A stretch of 64,000 bases of DNA from a bacterium (lineage in GTDB: Bacteria; UBA8248; JACPRG01; G963555815). A model generated the notes under the pieces. The model ran no database searches. It was not told the origin of the DNA and worked only from the letters and a program-made list of their open reading frames with translations. A program made the translations under genes and the position numbers. The stretch is from positions 4,480,001 through 4,544,000 of the forward strand of contig OZ244653.1 in the NCBI GenBank assembly GCA_965218795.1, given 5' to 3'. This document shows positions 30,047-40,447 of this stretch, in pieces. Position 1 is the first letter of the stretch. Every line of letters begins with the position of its first letter.

Positions 30047-31089
30047 AGCCTGTGATGATAGATAAGCGAAAGGTAGGACCGGGCGAGCCTGCCTTCTTCA
30101 TCGCAGAGGTGGGATCCAACTTCGATGGAGATCTGAAACGTGCACGCCTGTTTGTGGATCTGGCCATTGAGGCCGGAGCCGACGCCGTCAAGTTCCAGAG
30201 CTTTCTCGCAGACCGAATCATTGCGCCGGAGGGTTTCACCCAACAGACGGATTTTCAGGCCCGGTGGAACAAGTCGGTGTATGAGGTGTACTCGGAGAGC
30301 GTTTTCCCCAGGGAATGGCACCGTGAGATCGCCGAGTACAGCCGCGAGCGCGGCATCCTTTTCTTATCGAGTCCTTACGATCTGGAGGCGGTCGAACTGC
30401 TGGTCGAACTGGGTGGGCCCGCTTTGAAAATCGGGTCGGGCGAGATCAACAATCTCACTTTCCTGGACCTTTGCGCCCGGCAGGGCCTTCCCTTGATCGT
30501 CGGGGTGGGGGCCGCCACCTTGGCTGAAGTGGATGAGGCCATGCAGGTGTTCCGTGCCGTCGGCAATGAAGACGTTGTCCTCCTCCAATGCGTGACGAGT
30601 TATCCGAGCGCGTTTGAGGATTCCAACCTGCGGGCCATGGTCGCGATGGGAGAGATGTTCGATGTGCCGGTCGGTTATTCGGACCACACGCCGGGGAACG
30701 TCGTCCCGCTGGGGGCGGTGGCGCTTGGCGGTTGCGTCATCGAAAAGCACATGACCGACGATCGCACCCGCCAGGGCCCGGACCACTCCTTCGCAGTGGA
30801 GGTGGCCGAGTTTCGGCAGATGGTGGAGGACATCCGGAAACTGGAATCAGCCCTGGGCAGCCAGACCAAGGGGGTGATTCCGGCTGAGCACGAAACGGTC
30901 ATCCTTCAGCGGCGTTCGCTATGGGCGGCTCAAGACATCCGAGCCGGGTTCGTTCTCAGCCGGGAAATGGTGGACGTCCTCAGGCCCCAGAAGGGAATCC
31001 TTCCGAAGGATCTGGACAAGGTTTTGGGGCTTCGGCTCACGCGGGACGTCCAGGCCGGTCAGCCACTGACCTGGGAGCACTTCAAATAG
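30043..31089 (+). CDS. N-acetylneuraminate/nonulosonate synthase family (NeuB/PseI/SpsE), copy 1
   Basis: Motifs IAEVGSN, ADAVKFQ, KIGSGE, GYSDHT and IEKH; C-terminal SAF domain. GTGA overlap with the previous gene. Confidence 0.93.
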   Translation: MKPVMIDKRKVGPGEPAFFIAEVGSNFDGDLKRARLFVDLAIEAGADAVKFQSFLADRIIAPEGFTQQTDFQARWNKSVYEVYSESVFPREWHREIAEYSRERGILFLSSPYDLEAVELLVELGGPALKIGSGEINNLTFLDLCARQGLPLIVGVGAATLAEVDEAMQVFRAVGNEDVVLLQCVTSYPSAFEDSNLRAMVAMGEMFDVPVGYSDHTPGNVVPLGAVALGGCVIEKHMTDDRTRQGPDHSFAVEVAEFRQMVEDIRKLESALGSQTKGVIPAEHETVILQRRSLWAAQDIRAGFVLSREMVDVLRPQKGILPKDLDKVLGLRLTRDVQAGQPLTWEHFK

Positions 31090-32132
31090 ATGAATGCGGA
31101 GATTCTCGTCCACTGCACCGTGGGGGACCGATCCGGGGCCGGTCATCTTTTTCGGTGCTTGACGCTGCAGACGCCTTGCAGGCGAGGGGATTTGATTCCA
31201 CCTTCCTGCTGGCCGACCCCGCCGCTGCCGCTCAAGGGTGGGTGGAGAACCGAGGGCATCGCCTGGAAGCCTTTTCGTCGGAAGACCCGCCCGAGTGCGG
31301 TCGGATTATCGAAACCTTCCGGAGGGGGAAATTCTCCTTCTTGGTGATGGACGGCTACGTCTACGGAAGTGATCATTTGGCTGAGTTGAGCCGGGCGGGC
31401 ATTCTCACTCTCTATATGGATGACATGATGGAGCTCGGCGAGTACCCGTCCGCTCTGGTCTGCAACCAGAATTTTTATGCGAGCCCGGAGAGTTATCGGG
31501 TTCCGGACAGCACCCGTCTTCTTCTGGGTCCCCGCTTCGCCCTGATTCGCGAAGAGTTTCGACTGGGGCGTGAACAAGGGAACCGGAACGGCTCAGAGAG
31601 GGCTTCTCGATTGCTGATCGCAATGGGGGGATCGGATCCGACGCAACAAACGGACAAGGTGCTTCGGGCCCTGGAAGGTTTGGATCGGAGACTGGAGGTG
31701 ACGGTCGTGGTCGGCGGGTTGAACGCGCGCCTCGCCGAAATTCAGGCCCAGGCCCGATCGCTTCGGGGGCATCAGGTCCGGGTCCTCTTCAGTGTGCAGC
31801 ACATGAGCAAGGTGATGGCAACAGTCGACCTCGTGGTTTCCGCCGCCGGAGACACGAGCTTTGAGTTCTGCATGATGGGGCTGACGGGACTCGTCATCGC
31901 CAACTCACCCCTTCAGATGCGCATTGCCCGCGGTCTTCAGGACCGTGGACTCTTCGTCAATCTGGGATGGTACGAAGACGTGTCAGAAGACTTGATCCAA
32001 CGGGAACTGGCCTCCTTGCTGGAAGACGCCGACCGAAGATGCGCGATGAGCCAGAGGGGCATCGAGGCGGTCGACGGCCAGGGAAGTGGACGGGTCGCAA
32101 CGGCGATTGAGGAGTGCCTGCGGGTTGGCTGA
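31090..32132 (+). pseudogene. pseG: PseG/SpsG nucleotide-sugar hydrolase, frameshift near 31166
   Basis: 'GAGHLFRCLTL' is in frame 31090. 'ADAL...MDGY...LLGPRFALIREEF...MGGSD...VDGQGSGRV' is in the other frame. Confidence 0.8.
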
Positions 32133-32349
32133 GGCCCTGGAAAGGTGCGAATGCCCGTCCGGCAAACGGCCTCATGGGGTGCCGGCAGGTTCAGAACCTC
32201 CACGCGCTGGGGGCTGATGGACGGATCCTGCGTTTGCCCCGAGACGCCCGTCTCTCACCCACGGTCCTTGGGGAGCCGCCCGGGGCTCCTCATCCCTATA
32301 CCCGGGTTTTGAAATGCCAATCTGGTCCAAGAAGACTCCTTTGAGGGCA

Positions 32350-33456
32350 ATGGCCGGGCGCGATCACGTGGAGACCTGGTTCTCCCAGGGATCTCCGGAA
32401 GACGAGGGCCGCGCTTACCAGGTGAGTGTCCGATTGGGGAAACCCGTCGACATTCTCACCCTGAAATCCAATGTCATCGAAGGATTCGGCTCTTATGTCT
32501 CCCACATGAGATCGGCCGGGACCCTGCTGTTTCAGTCGGCGGACTTGGAGGAGGTCTTGGCGTGCCCCGTGTGCAGGTCGGCCAACGTCGCCGACCTGCC
32601 CAGCCTCACCGTCTACGGGGGGGGGGGTACTGCCAGTGTGCCGATTGCGACCACTACTTCGTGGGCAAGCGGCCCTCTGAGGAATCTGTCCGGGAGTTCT
32701 ATGCGCAGGATACTTTCTATGCGGACACCTACACCGATAAGCGGACCGCCGAGATGAGGGTTCAACAGATTGCGATGTCGAAGGCCGAGTGGATGGCGGA
32801 TCAGTTTTCCGCCCTCTACGGCCGGAACCCTGAAACGGTCCTTGATGTGGGAGCGGGTAGCGGACATTTCGTTCATGCCTGCAGGCGGATGGGCATCGAA
32901 GCCCGAGGGATCGAGATCAGCGATTCAAGCCGCGAATTTTGTCGGTCACAGTTCGGCTTCGACCTGGAAGACGTCGATTTTCTAGAAGCGTGGCAAGATT
33001 ACTCGCCCGTGGACATTGTTACCTTTTGGGGCGTCATCGAGCATGTTACCGAAGCCCATGGGACTGATGCATACCGCCCGGAAAGCAATCCGTGAGGAGG
33101 AGTCGCTGGTCGTGGCGGAAGTCCCCCGATGGGACTGCCTCGGAACGGCCGTCCAGAGCGCCTACTCGGACTCCATCGTTCGTCATCTGAATCCGATCAG
33201 TCACATCCACTGTTTCACCGACACTTCCCTTGCCACGGTGTTCGAGTCCAGCGGCTTGGCACCAGCGGCCGCCTGGTACTTTGGAATGGACGCGTATGAG
33301 CTGGCCGTGCAGTTGGCCTACCACGCCCAAGAGGACAATATCTTGAGATCCATCGGCCAGCACATCCCCTCTTGGCAGGCTTGCCTCGATGGGGGCCGGC
33401 TGTCCGATGAAATTGTCGTCGCGGGGAGACCAATCGCGGCCGAGGGGTTCGCGTAG
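32350..33456 (+). pseudogene. class I SAM methyltransferase with Zn-finger, split by G11 tract and second frameshift (~33053)
   Basis: CPVC in frame 1, CADC...LDVGAGSG...FWGVIEHV in frame 2, and PM...AEVP in frame 3. Confidence 0.8.
32617..32627 (+). repeat. G11 homopolymer tract
   Basis: gtctac-G11-tactgc. It is the longest homopolymer I saw in the window and it lies at a frameshift. Confidence 0.9.
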
Positions 33457-33468
33457 CGGGAAGTCAAA

Positions 33469-33708
33469 TTGCGCACGGGTCTTCGCCTTTCATTGGATCA
33501 ACTGATTGAGGAAGCCGATGAACTTCTGCATCGCGCTTTTCCGATTGGTCGGGGTATCACGGGGGAGGGCGTTCGAGAGACCCTGTCGATGTGGAGAGAA
33601 GTGGTCGATTTTGAGATTCATAGAGTATTATTTGGATGGTCAATTAACGTCCAAACAACCGACTTTGATTCGGCAGCCCTAGCTGGTTTCGAGTGCGTTT
33701 TGCGTTGA
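33469..33708 (+). pseudogene. DUF4910 aminopeptidase-like protein, N-terminal remnant
   Basis: 'AFPIGRGITGEGVRETL...FEIH' resembles the family's LFPICRSITGNGVRETL start; truncated. Confidence 0.6.
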
Positions 33709-33877
33709 ACGCCCCTGCCGGTCTTCCCGATTCCTTGCGCCCGCCGGATCCGATATCGACAGCGTTTTCTTCCCGTGACCTTTTGAAGATTCCCTGGCGG
33801 CCCCGGTCAGTTTTCTGGGACCTCCTCCGGTCGATCTCGCCCGGGGAGTCCTCAAGGGCGCCCCGGAGGAGGGACGG

Positions 33878-34552
33878 GTGATCCAGCCCGTTCGCGCCTT
33901 TGTTCAGGCCCGGATGACTTCTCGCCGGTTTCCCGGAAAGGTCCTTGCGCCCTTTCGAGGCGAACCGCTCATCCGGCGCGTCCTGGGGGTCTTGGAAGCA
34001 GCGTTGCCCGGGGTTGCCGTCACCGTCGTCACCAGCACCGATTGTACGGACGACCCTTTGGCCGCCTATCTGGAGACCGCTGGCGCGTCTGTGTTTCGGG
34101 GACCCCTGGAGCGGGTCTTCGATCGCTTCCGCCTGTGCATGGTGAACCATCCCTGCGAGTGGGTCCTTCGGGTCTGCGCCGATAGCCCTTTGCTGAACCC
34201 TCACGTCCTTGAAGCAGTCGTCCACCGCGCCGAGGGCTCCGATGCCGACTTGGTGACGAACATCTTTCCCCGCACCTTTCCCAAAGGGCACAGCGCGGAG
34301 ATGATCCGGGTCAGCCGGTATCTGCAAATTGATGTCAAGGTTCTTTCCGATCAGGATCAAGAGCATGTGACGCCCTATTACTATCGGAACCCGAAACAGT
34401 TTCGGATCGCCAACGTAGCGTCCGGCGATTCCCGTCTTGCCCAGATGAACGTGGCCGTGGAGACCGTCGAAGACCTTTGGCGGCTGGAGCGGCTTTCAGA
34501 AAAAGAGATCCGAGGGCTGTGGAACGAGGCTTTGCCCGCAAGTCGGGGTTGA
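33878..34552 (+). CDS. SpsF-like cytidylyltransferase
   Basis: Motifs QARMTSRRFPGKVL, RVCADSP, PRTFPKG and EHVTPY. Confidence 0.9.
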   Translation: MIQPVRAFVQARMTSRRFPGKVLAPFRGEPLIRRVLGVLEAALPGVAVTVVTSTDCTDDPLAAYLETAGASVFRGPLERVFDRFRLCMVNHPCEWVLRVCADSPLLNPHVLEAVVHRAEGSDADLVTNIFPRTFPKGHSAEMIRVSRYLQIDVKVLSDQDQEHVTPYYYRNPKQFRIANVASGDSRLAQMNVAVETVEDLWRLERLSEKEIRGLWNEALPASRG

Positions 34553-35562
34553 AGGAGTCCCAAGAGCTGGGCGTTGCCGTGATCGGCCTTGGGGTGGGAG
34601 AGCAGCACGCGCGGGTGTACGCCCGCCTGAAATCGTGCTCGCTGCGATGGCTCTTCGACCTGGATCCCGCCCTCGTGGATCGGGTGGCGCAGGAACTCGG
34701 CGAAGCCCCATCCGCCGAGGACATCGAGACCATCCTTGACGACCCTTCCGTGGACGTTGTATCCGTCGCTTCCTATGACGATGCTCACTTTCGTCAGGTT
34801 CTGGCGGCGCTGCGGGCAGGGAAGCACGTCTTCGTCGAGAAGCCGCTCTGCCGGTCGCGCGATGAATTGCGGGAGATCAAGCGGGCGTGGTCGGAGGGCG
34901 CCGACCGTCACCTTCTCTCCAACCTGGTCCTTCGAGCCGCCCCCCTGTACCGGTGGCTGAAGGAGGCAGTGGAGGGGGGGGAGCTGGGCGAGATTTACGC
35001 TTTTGACGGCGACTATCTCTACGGGCGACTTTGGAAGATCACGGACGGCTGGCGGAAGGACGTAGTGAACTACTCGGTCATGCAGGGAGGCGGCGTCCAC
35101 TTGGTGGACCTGATGCTTTGGATCACCGGCCAGAGGCCCGTCTCTGTCGAGGCTGCCGGCAACCGGATGAGTACGGAGGGCACGGAGTTTCGATACAACG
35201 ATTACATGTCTGCGACCTACCAATTCGCCTCGGGACTGATCGGACGGATCACCGCCAACTTCGGCTCCGTCCACCCTCACCAGCATGTGGTCCGGGTCTT
35301 CGGAACGAAAGGGACGCTCATCTATGACGATCAAGGACCTCGATTGTTCAGCTCTCGGGATCCGGAACTCCCTGCGAAGTTTCTGGACCTGTCCCCCCTG
35401 CCCGCTTCCAAAGGCGACTTGATCCCCGATTTCGTAAAGTCGATTTCGGACGGCAGCGACACCCGAGCGGCAATCCATCACGAGTTTGACCTGATCAGCG
35501 CGTGCACGGCGGCCGATGAGGCCTTGGCCGCAGCGACCCCGGTGGAGATCGAATACGTATGA
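34549..35562 (+). CDS. Gfo/Idh/MocA oxidoreductase
   Basis: Motifs VIGLGVG, GKHVFVEKP and GGVHLVD. Confidence 0.9.
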   Translation: MKESQELGVAVIGLGVGEQHARVYARLKSCSLRWLFDLDPALVDRVAQELGEAPSAEDIETILDDPSVDVVSVASYDDAHFRQVLAALRAGKHVFVEKPLCRSRDELREIKRAWSEGADRHLLSNLVLRAAPLYRWLKEAVEGGELGEIYAFDGDYLYGRLWKITDGWRKDVVNYSVMQGGGVHLVDLMLWITGQRPVSVEAAGNRMSTEGTEFRYNDYMSATYQFASGLIGRITANFGSVHPHQHVVRVFGTKGTLIYDDQGPRLFSSRDPELPAKFLDLSPLPASKGDLIPDFVKSISDGSDTRAAIHHEFDLISACTAADEALAAATPVEIEYV

Positions 35563-36728
35563 GACAAGCCGATCAGGTTCGCGACATCCCATTCGGTCGA
35601 CCCTGGATCACGGAAGAAGACCGCCAGGCGGTGATGGAGGTCCTGCAGGGCCCCATCCTGACCCATGGTCCTCAGGGCAAGGCCTTCGAGGCGGAGTTCG
35701 CGGAGTTCATGGGCGAAGATGTCCATTGCCTGACGGTCAGTTCCTGTATGGCGGCCCTTCATTTGGCCTATCTCCACTTCGGCATTGGCCCGGGGGACGA
35801 CGTGATTGTGCCCGCCCAGACGCATACGGCCACCGCCCACGCCGTGGAGTGGGTCGGAGCCACGCCTGTTTTCGTGGATTGCGAGCCGGCCACCGCCAAC
35901 GTGACCGCAAAGTCCGTGGCCGCTGCTGTCACCCCCCGCACGAAGGCCATCTCTGTCGTGCATTTTGTCGGGATTCCATGCGATATGCCCGGCATCATGA
36001 GAGTAGCCGAGCATCACGGACTCAAGGTGATCGAAGACTGTGCTCTGGCCCTGGGGGCGTGCTGGCAGGGGAAGCACGTGGGCCTTTTTGGCGATGCGGG
36101 ATGTTTTTCCTTCTACCCGGTCAAGCACATCACCACCGGGGAAGGAGGGATGTTCATCACGCGTCACGAGGGGGTCGCCCGGGGAGTGAGGGAGCTTCGG
36201 GCCTTCGGCATCGACCGGACGCACACCGAGCGGAGCCTTCCAGGGATGTACGACGTCCCCGTCCTGGGACTCAATTATCGGATGAGTGAGCTTCAGGCGG
36301 CCCTCGGGAGAAATCAGCTTTCGCGCATCGGGGAAATCCTGGGGAAGCGCAAATCCAATTTTGAGACCTTGAGATCCAGGGTGAACGAGCTGGAGGGGGT
36401 CCATGTCCTCGATGCCGCCGAAGGAGACGCGCAGAGCAGCCACTATTGCCTGACGCTTGTTTTGGAGGGAGAGCTTCGGTCGCGACGTAGTGAAATCCAG
36501 GGCCGACTGAGAGAAGCGGGGGTCGGCACCAGTATTTATTATCCCCGTCCGGTCCCACGAATGACTTATTACCGGGAGAAGTACGGCTACGATTCGGCCG
36601 GCTATCCCTATGCATCGGAGATCAGTGACGGCTCTGTCTCATTCCCGGTGGGACCACACGTCCATGAGAAAGATGTGAGCTACATGGCCGATGTCATCCG
36701 CCAGGTTTTGGGAAAGGATACCCCATGA
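35559..36728 (+). CDS. DegT/DnrJ/EryC1/StrS sugar aminotransferase
   Basis: Motifs IEDCA, FSFYPVKHITTGEGG and GLNYRMSE. Confidence 0.95.
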   Translation: MRQADQVRDIPFGRPWITEEDRQAVMEVLQGPILTHGPQGKAFEAEFAEFMGEDVHCLTVSSCMAALHLAYLHFGIGPGDDVIVPAQTHTATAHAVEWVGATPVFVDCEPATANVTAKSVAAAVTPRTKAISVVHFVGIPCDMPGIMRVAEHHGLKVIEDCALALGACWQGKHVGLFGDAGCFSFYPVKHITTGEGGMFITRHEGVARGVRELRAFGIDRTHTERSLPGMYDVPVLGLNYRMSELQAALGRNQLSRIGEILGKRKSNFETLRSRVNELEGVHVLDAAEGDAQSSHYCLTLVLEGELRSRRSEIQGRLREAGVGTSIYYPRPVPRMTYYREKYGYDSAGYPYASEISDGSVSFPVGPHVHEKDVSYMADVIRQVLGKDTP

Positions 36729-37771
36729 CCATCGAATTACGAGGGCGCAGGGTCGCTATCATCGGCGGGGCGGGGTTTATCGGTCACAATCTGGCCCTGG
36801 GTCTGGCCCGGAGGGGGGCCCAGGTGGAGGTGATCGATAGCCTGCAGGTGAACAACCTGGTCTCGTTCTCCTCCAAGATGCCCGATCTTTACAATCGTGA
36901 CTTATACCTGCGCATCATCCATCAGCGGCTGGATCTTCTCCACAATGAGGGAATCCCGCTTCACGTGCAGGACGCCCGCGAGTATCATGCCCTGGGGGCG
37001 CTGCTCAATCACAAGATCCAGCCCCACGTCATCGTACATTTGGCCGCGGTGGCGCATGCCGGAAGAGCCAACAAGGACCCTTACAGCACGTTCGATCACA
37101 GCTCCCGCACATTGGAGAACGCCCTGGACTGCGCTCGAGGCAATGTCGAGCAGTTCATTTTTTTCTCGTCCAGCATGGTCTACGGAGATTTTCAAACCGA
37201 TGCGGTCGACGAAGAGCACCCCCTGAACCCCATCGGCATCTATGGGGCGCTCAAGGCCGGGGGGGAGAAGCTCGTTATCGCCTACCAGCAGGTGTTTGAT
37301 CTGCCCTACACCATCATCCGGCCCTCGGCCCTGTACGGGCCCCGATGCGTCAGCCGCAGGGTGGGTCAGGTGTTCATCGAGAATGCGATCCAGGGATCCG
37401 GGTTAAGGGTCGAAGGCGATGGCACGGATCGGATTGACTTCACGTTCATTGACGACTTGGTCGAAGGAATTCGTCTCGCCATCCAGATCCCCGCTGCCCG
37501 CAATCAAATTTTCAATATGACCTGTGGCAGCGCTCGTTCGGTCCGGGATCTGGTGGCCATCGTCCAAGAGCACTTCCCTGACGTGGAGGTCGAATTCGCC
37601 GAACGTGACAGACTGATCCCTTCTCGCGGCACCCTGAAAATCGACAAAGCGGCTGAGCTTTTAGGGTACGCGCCCAGGTATCCCTTGGAAACGGGTTTCC
37701 CGAAGTACATCGAGTGGTACAAGGAGCTGACGGCCGAAGGACCGGGGGGCGGGGCCCGAAACGGACCATGA
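36725..37771 (+). CDS. NAD-dependent epimerase/dehydratase
   Basis: Motifs GGAGFIG, SSSMVYG and YGALK. Confidence 0.92.
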   Translation: MTIELRGRRVAIIGGAGFIGHNLALGLARRGAQVEVIDSLQVNNLVSFSSKMPDLYNRDLYLRIIHQRLDLLHNEGIPLHVQDAREYHALGALLNHKIQPHVIVHLAAVAHAGRANKDPYSTFDHSSRTLENALDCARGNVEQFIFFSSSMVYGDFQTDAVDEEHPLNPIGIYGALKAGGEKLVIAYQQVFDLPYTIIRPSALYGPRCVSRRVGQVFIENAIQGSGLRVEGDGTDRIDFTFIDDLVEGIRLAIQIPAARNQIFNMTCGSARSVRDLVAIVQEHFPDVEVEFAERDRLIPSRGTLKIDKAAELLGYAPRYPLETGFPKYIEWYKELTAEGPGGGARNGP

Positions 37772-38721
37772 AGATCCTCTTTGCAGGCAACAAGAAGCGG
37801 GGTGTCGTCTGCCTGCAGGCCCTGGCCGGGACTGGCAACGATATTGTCGCTGTGCTCGCCCATCCCTCAGGGAACCACCCTCACCCGCCGGGAAGCGTGG
37901 CGGAGGTCGCCCTTGAGATGGGGCTGCCACTTCTTCAGCCAACCGATGTGAACGTCCTCGAAATGGTCGCTTCTTTAAGAGGGTTCGCTCCCGAACTCAT
38001 GGTGCTTGCGGGCTATGGCCAGATTCTGAAGCGGCAGGTGATCGAGGTGGCCCCTAAGGGCTGCATCAATCTGCACGCCGGGAAGCTTCCCCAATACCGG
38101 GGTTCTTCGCCTCTGAACTGGGCCCTGATCAACGGTGAAAGGGAGTTTGCGTTGTCGTTGATCGAGGTGGATGCGGGCGTGGACAGCGGAAACGTCCTGC
38201 ACGAGAGGTCCTTTCCCATCTCCATCGACGATACGATCGCCGACCTTCACGACACGGCCAACCGCGTCTTTCCGGAGATGTTGATCGAGGTTTTGGAACA
38301 GGTTCGCGCCGGGACGCTCCGTCCGCGGAAGCAGGATGACGCCCTCGCGGGTTACTATCCGCTGCGCTTTCCCGACGATGGTCTGATTTTTTGGGATTTG
38401 TTGACCTCGGAGCAGATTCACAACCGCATTCGGGCTCTGGCCGAACCTTATCCCTGCGCCTTCACCTTCTTCGATGGTCAGCGGGTCAAGCTCTTGGGGT
38501 CCCGACCGTCGAAACGCGCCTACTACGGAGAGCCGGGGCGTATTTATCAGAAGAAAGAAAACGAATTACTCGTCTGCGCGTCCGACCGGTGCCTTTGGAT
38601 TCAGCGGGCTGTCACCGAGGAGACGCAAGAGGATATCTTTGGGACCGTTCAGCGTTACGCCAAGTTCGCAACCGTGCGGGACTTGGCTGTGGCGGCATTC
38701 AGCCATCAGGGGCCGGCGTGA
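37768..38721 (+). CDS. Fmt-like sugar N-formyltransferase
   Basis: Motifs INLHAGKLPQYRGSSPLNWA and VDSG; C-terminal 'IRAL..PYP.AF' domain. Confidence 0.88.
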   Translation: MKILFAGNKKRGVVCLQALAGTGNDIVAVLAHPSGNHPHPPGSVAEVALEMGLPLLQPTDVNVLEMVASLRGFAPELMVLAGYGQILKRQVIEVAPKGCINLHAGKLPQYRGSSPLNWALINGEREFALSLIEVDAGVDSGNVLHERSFPISIDDTIADLHDTANRVFPEMLIEVLEQVRAGTLRPRKQDDALAGYYPLRFPDDGLIFWDLLTSEQIHNRIRALAEPYPCAFTFFDGQRVKLLGSRPSKRAYYGEPGRIYQKKENELLVCASDRCLWIQRAVTEETQEDIFGTVQRYAKFATVRDLAVAAFSHQGPA

Positions 38722-39740
38722 TTATTGGGGACTTTGACACTTCTGAGAAGGTCGTGGTCGTTGCCGAGATCGGCAACAACCACGAGGGCGATTTTCAGGT
38801 CGCCCAGGACTTGGTGCGGGCGGCGGCTTCGTGCGGGGTGGACGCCGTCAAGTTCCAGATGTTCCGGACAGAACACTACGTCAGCCGCAGCGACGAAAAG
38901 CGGTTTGCGCAGCTCAAGGCATTCGAACTGAGCGAGGCCCAATTCGCGGATCTGTCTCAGCTGGCGCATGGGTTGGGACTCCTCTGTATCTCGACGCCGT
39001 TTGATCTGGGCAGCGCGGATTTCCTGGAGACGAGGATCGACGCATACAAGGTGGCGTCGGGTGACAACGACTTCTATCCCCTCCTGGATCAAATCGCGCG
39101 CACGGGAAAACCGCTCATCCTTTCCACCGGTTTGAGCGACCTTTCGCAGGCGGATCGCTCGGTGTCGTTTGTGAGAAGGCGCTGGGCGGAGAGCGGGATC
39201 AAAGGACAACTGGCCGTCCTTCATTGCGTGAGTAGCTACCCGGCGCCGGCCGAACAGGCCAGTCTCCTGAGCATCCGGGCCCTGAAGGAGCGGCTGGGTG
39301 TCATCGTGGGATATTCGGACCATACGGTCGGCCTGGACGCCGCCCTACTGGCCGTTGGGGTGGGCGCGCGCATCATCGAAAAGCACTTCACCCTGAGCAA
39401 AGACTTCTCTCCCTTCCGCGACCACCGCCTTTCGGCCGACCCCCCGGAGATGGAAGAGATGGTCCGGCGGATTCGCCTGGCGGAATCAATGCTGGGGGAG
39501 CCGGCGAAAAGGCTCCAGCCGTGCGAGGAGTCGGCGGCCCAGGCGTTGCGGCGGTCGATTGTGGCCGGCCGGGACCTGCCGCGGGGCCATCGGCTGGAAT
39601 GGTCTGACCTCACCTGGGTCCGTCCCGCAGGGGGGCTTCCCCCGGGGGAGGAAGACCGGTTGGTCGGAAAGATCACAAAGCGCGGGGTGGCCTTCGGCGA
39701 GAGACTGGGCGTCGCCGACGTGGAGGAGCCGCCGAGTTGA
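38718..39740 (+). CDS. N-acetylneuraminate/nonulosonate synthase family, copy 2
   Basis: Motifs AEIGNNHEG, DAVKFQ, KVASGD, LHCVSSYP, GYSDHT and IEKHFT; SAF domain. Confidence 0.93.
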   Translation: MIIGDFDTSEKVVVVAEIGNNHEGDFQVAQDLVRAAASCGVDAVKFQMFRTEHYVSRSDEKRFAQLKAFELSEAQFADLSQLAHGLGLLCISTPFDLGSADFLETRIDAYKVASGDNDFYPLLDQIARTGKPLILSTGLSDLSQADRSVSFVRRRWAESGIKGQLAVLHCVSSYPAPAEQASLLSIRALKERLGVIVGYSDHTVGLDAALLAVGVGARIIEKHFTLSKDFSPFRDHRLSADPPEMEEMVRRIRLAESMLGEPAKRLQPCEESAAQALRRSIVAGRDLPRGHRLEWSDLTWVRPAGGLPPGEEDRLVGKITKRGVAFGERLGVADVEEPPS

Positions 39741-40447
39741 AGGTGGTTCTCCTGACGACGGATACGACCCATCACACCTATTTTGCGTGGAGGCTCAACG
39801 CAGAGCTCCCGCTTGCCTGTATTTTCCTGGAGAGCCGAGCCGCAACGGCGTCGTTTGAGACCCATCACCCCTTCGAGGAACAGCGCGACGCCTATGAGCG
39901 GGAGGTTCTGCTCTCGGACTTTCAGGGGGCTTTTACAGACATCGCGGACACCCGAGGCTTCGAATCATGCAACTCCGAGGAATGCCTCTCCGCCATCCAG
40001 GCGATTCGACCGGACGTCGCGATCGTGTTCGGCACGGGTAAGTTGGAGCGTCCTGTCTTGGAGACTCCTTCCACGGCCTGCCTGAACCTCCACGGCGGTA
40101 ACCCGGAGGAGTACCGAGGTCTGGATACCCACCTGTGGGCGATATATCACGAGGACTTCGACAACCTGGTCACCACTCTTCACCATGTGGATGAAGGGCT
40201 GGATACGGGCGAGATTGTCTTCCAATCCCGGCTGGAACTGAGCCGGGAATGCCGATTGCACGAACTCCGGGCCATGAACGCCAAGGTGTGTGTGGACCTC
40301 TCGGTTTTGGCGCTTCGAGCTCTGGCATCCAATGCAGCCCTTCCCTCACGCAAGCAGTTGAGTCGGGGAAGATACTATTCCTTTATCCCTTCTGTTCTGA
40401 AAGAAATCTGCGTCAAGAAGTTTGAGCGATACGTTTCCCGGTTGTGA
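39737..40447 (+). CDS. formyltransferase family protein (short)
   Basis: Motifs LNLHGG.PEEYRGLD and LDTG. Confidence 0.85.
   Translation: MKVVLLTTDTTHHTYFAWRLNAELPLACIFLESRAATASFETHHPFEEQRDAYEREVLLSDFQGAFTDIADTRGFESCNSEECLSAIQAIRPDVAIVFGTGKLERPVLETPSTACLNLHGGNPEEYRGLDTHLWAIYHEDFDNLVTTLHHVDEGLDTGEIVFQSRLELSRECRLHELRAMNAKVCVDLSVLALRALASNAALPSRKQLSRGRYYSFIPSVLKEICVKKFERYVSRL

Noticed and set aside
37768-38721. Housekeeping fmt (Met-tRNA formyltransferase)
   Set aside because: Coupled to sugar aminotransferase/epimerase/NeuB genes with no def nearby; a sugar formyltransferase is more likely.
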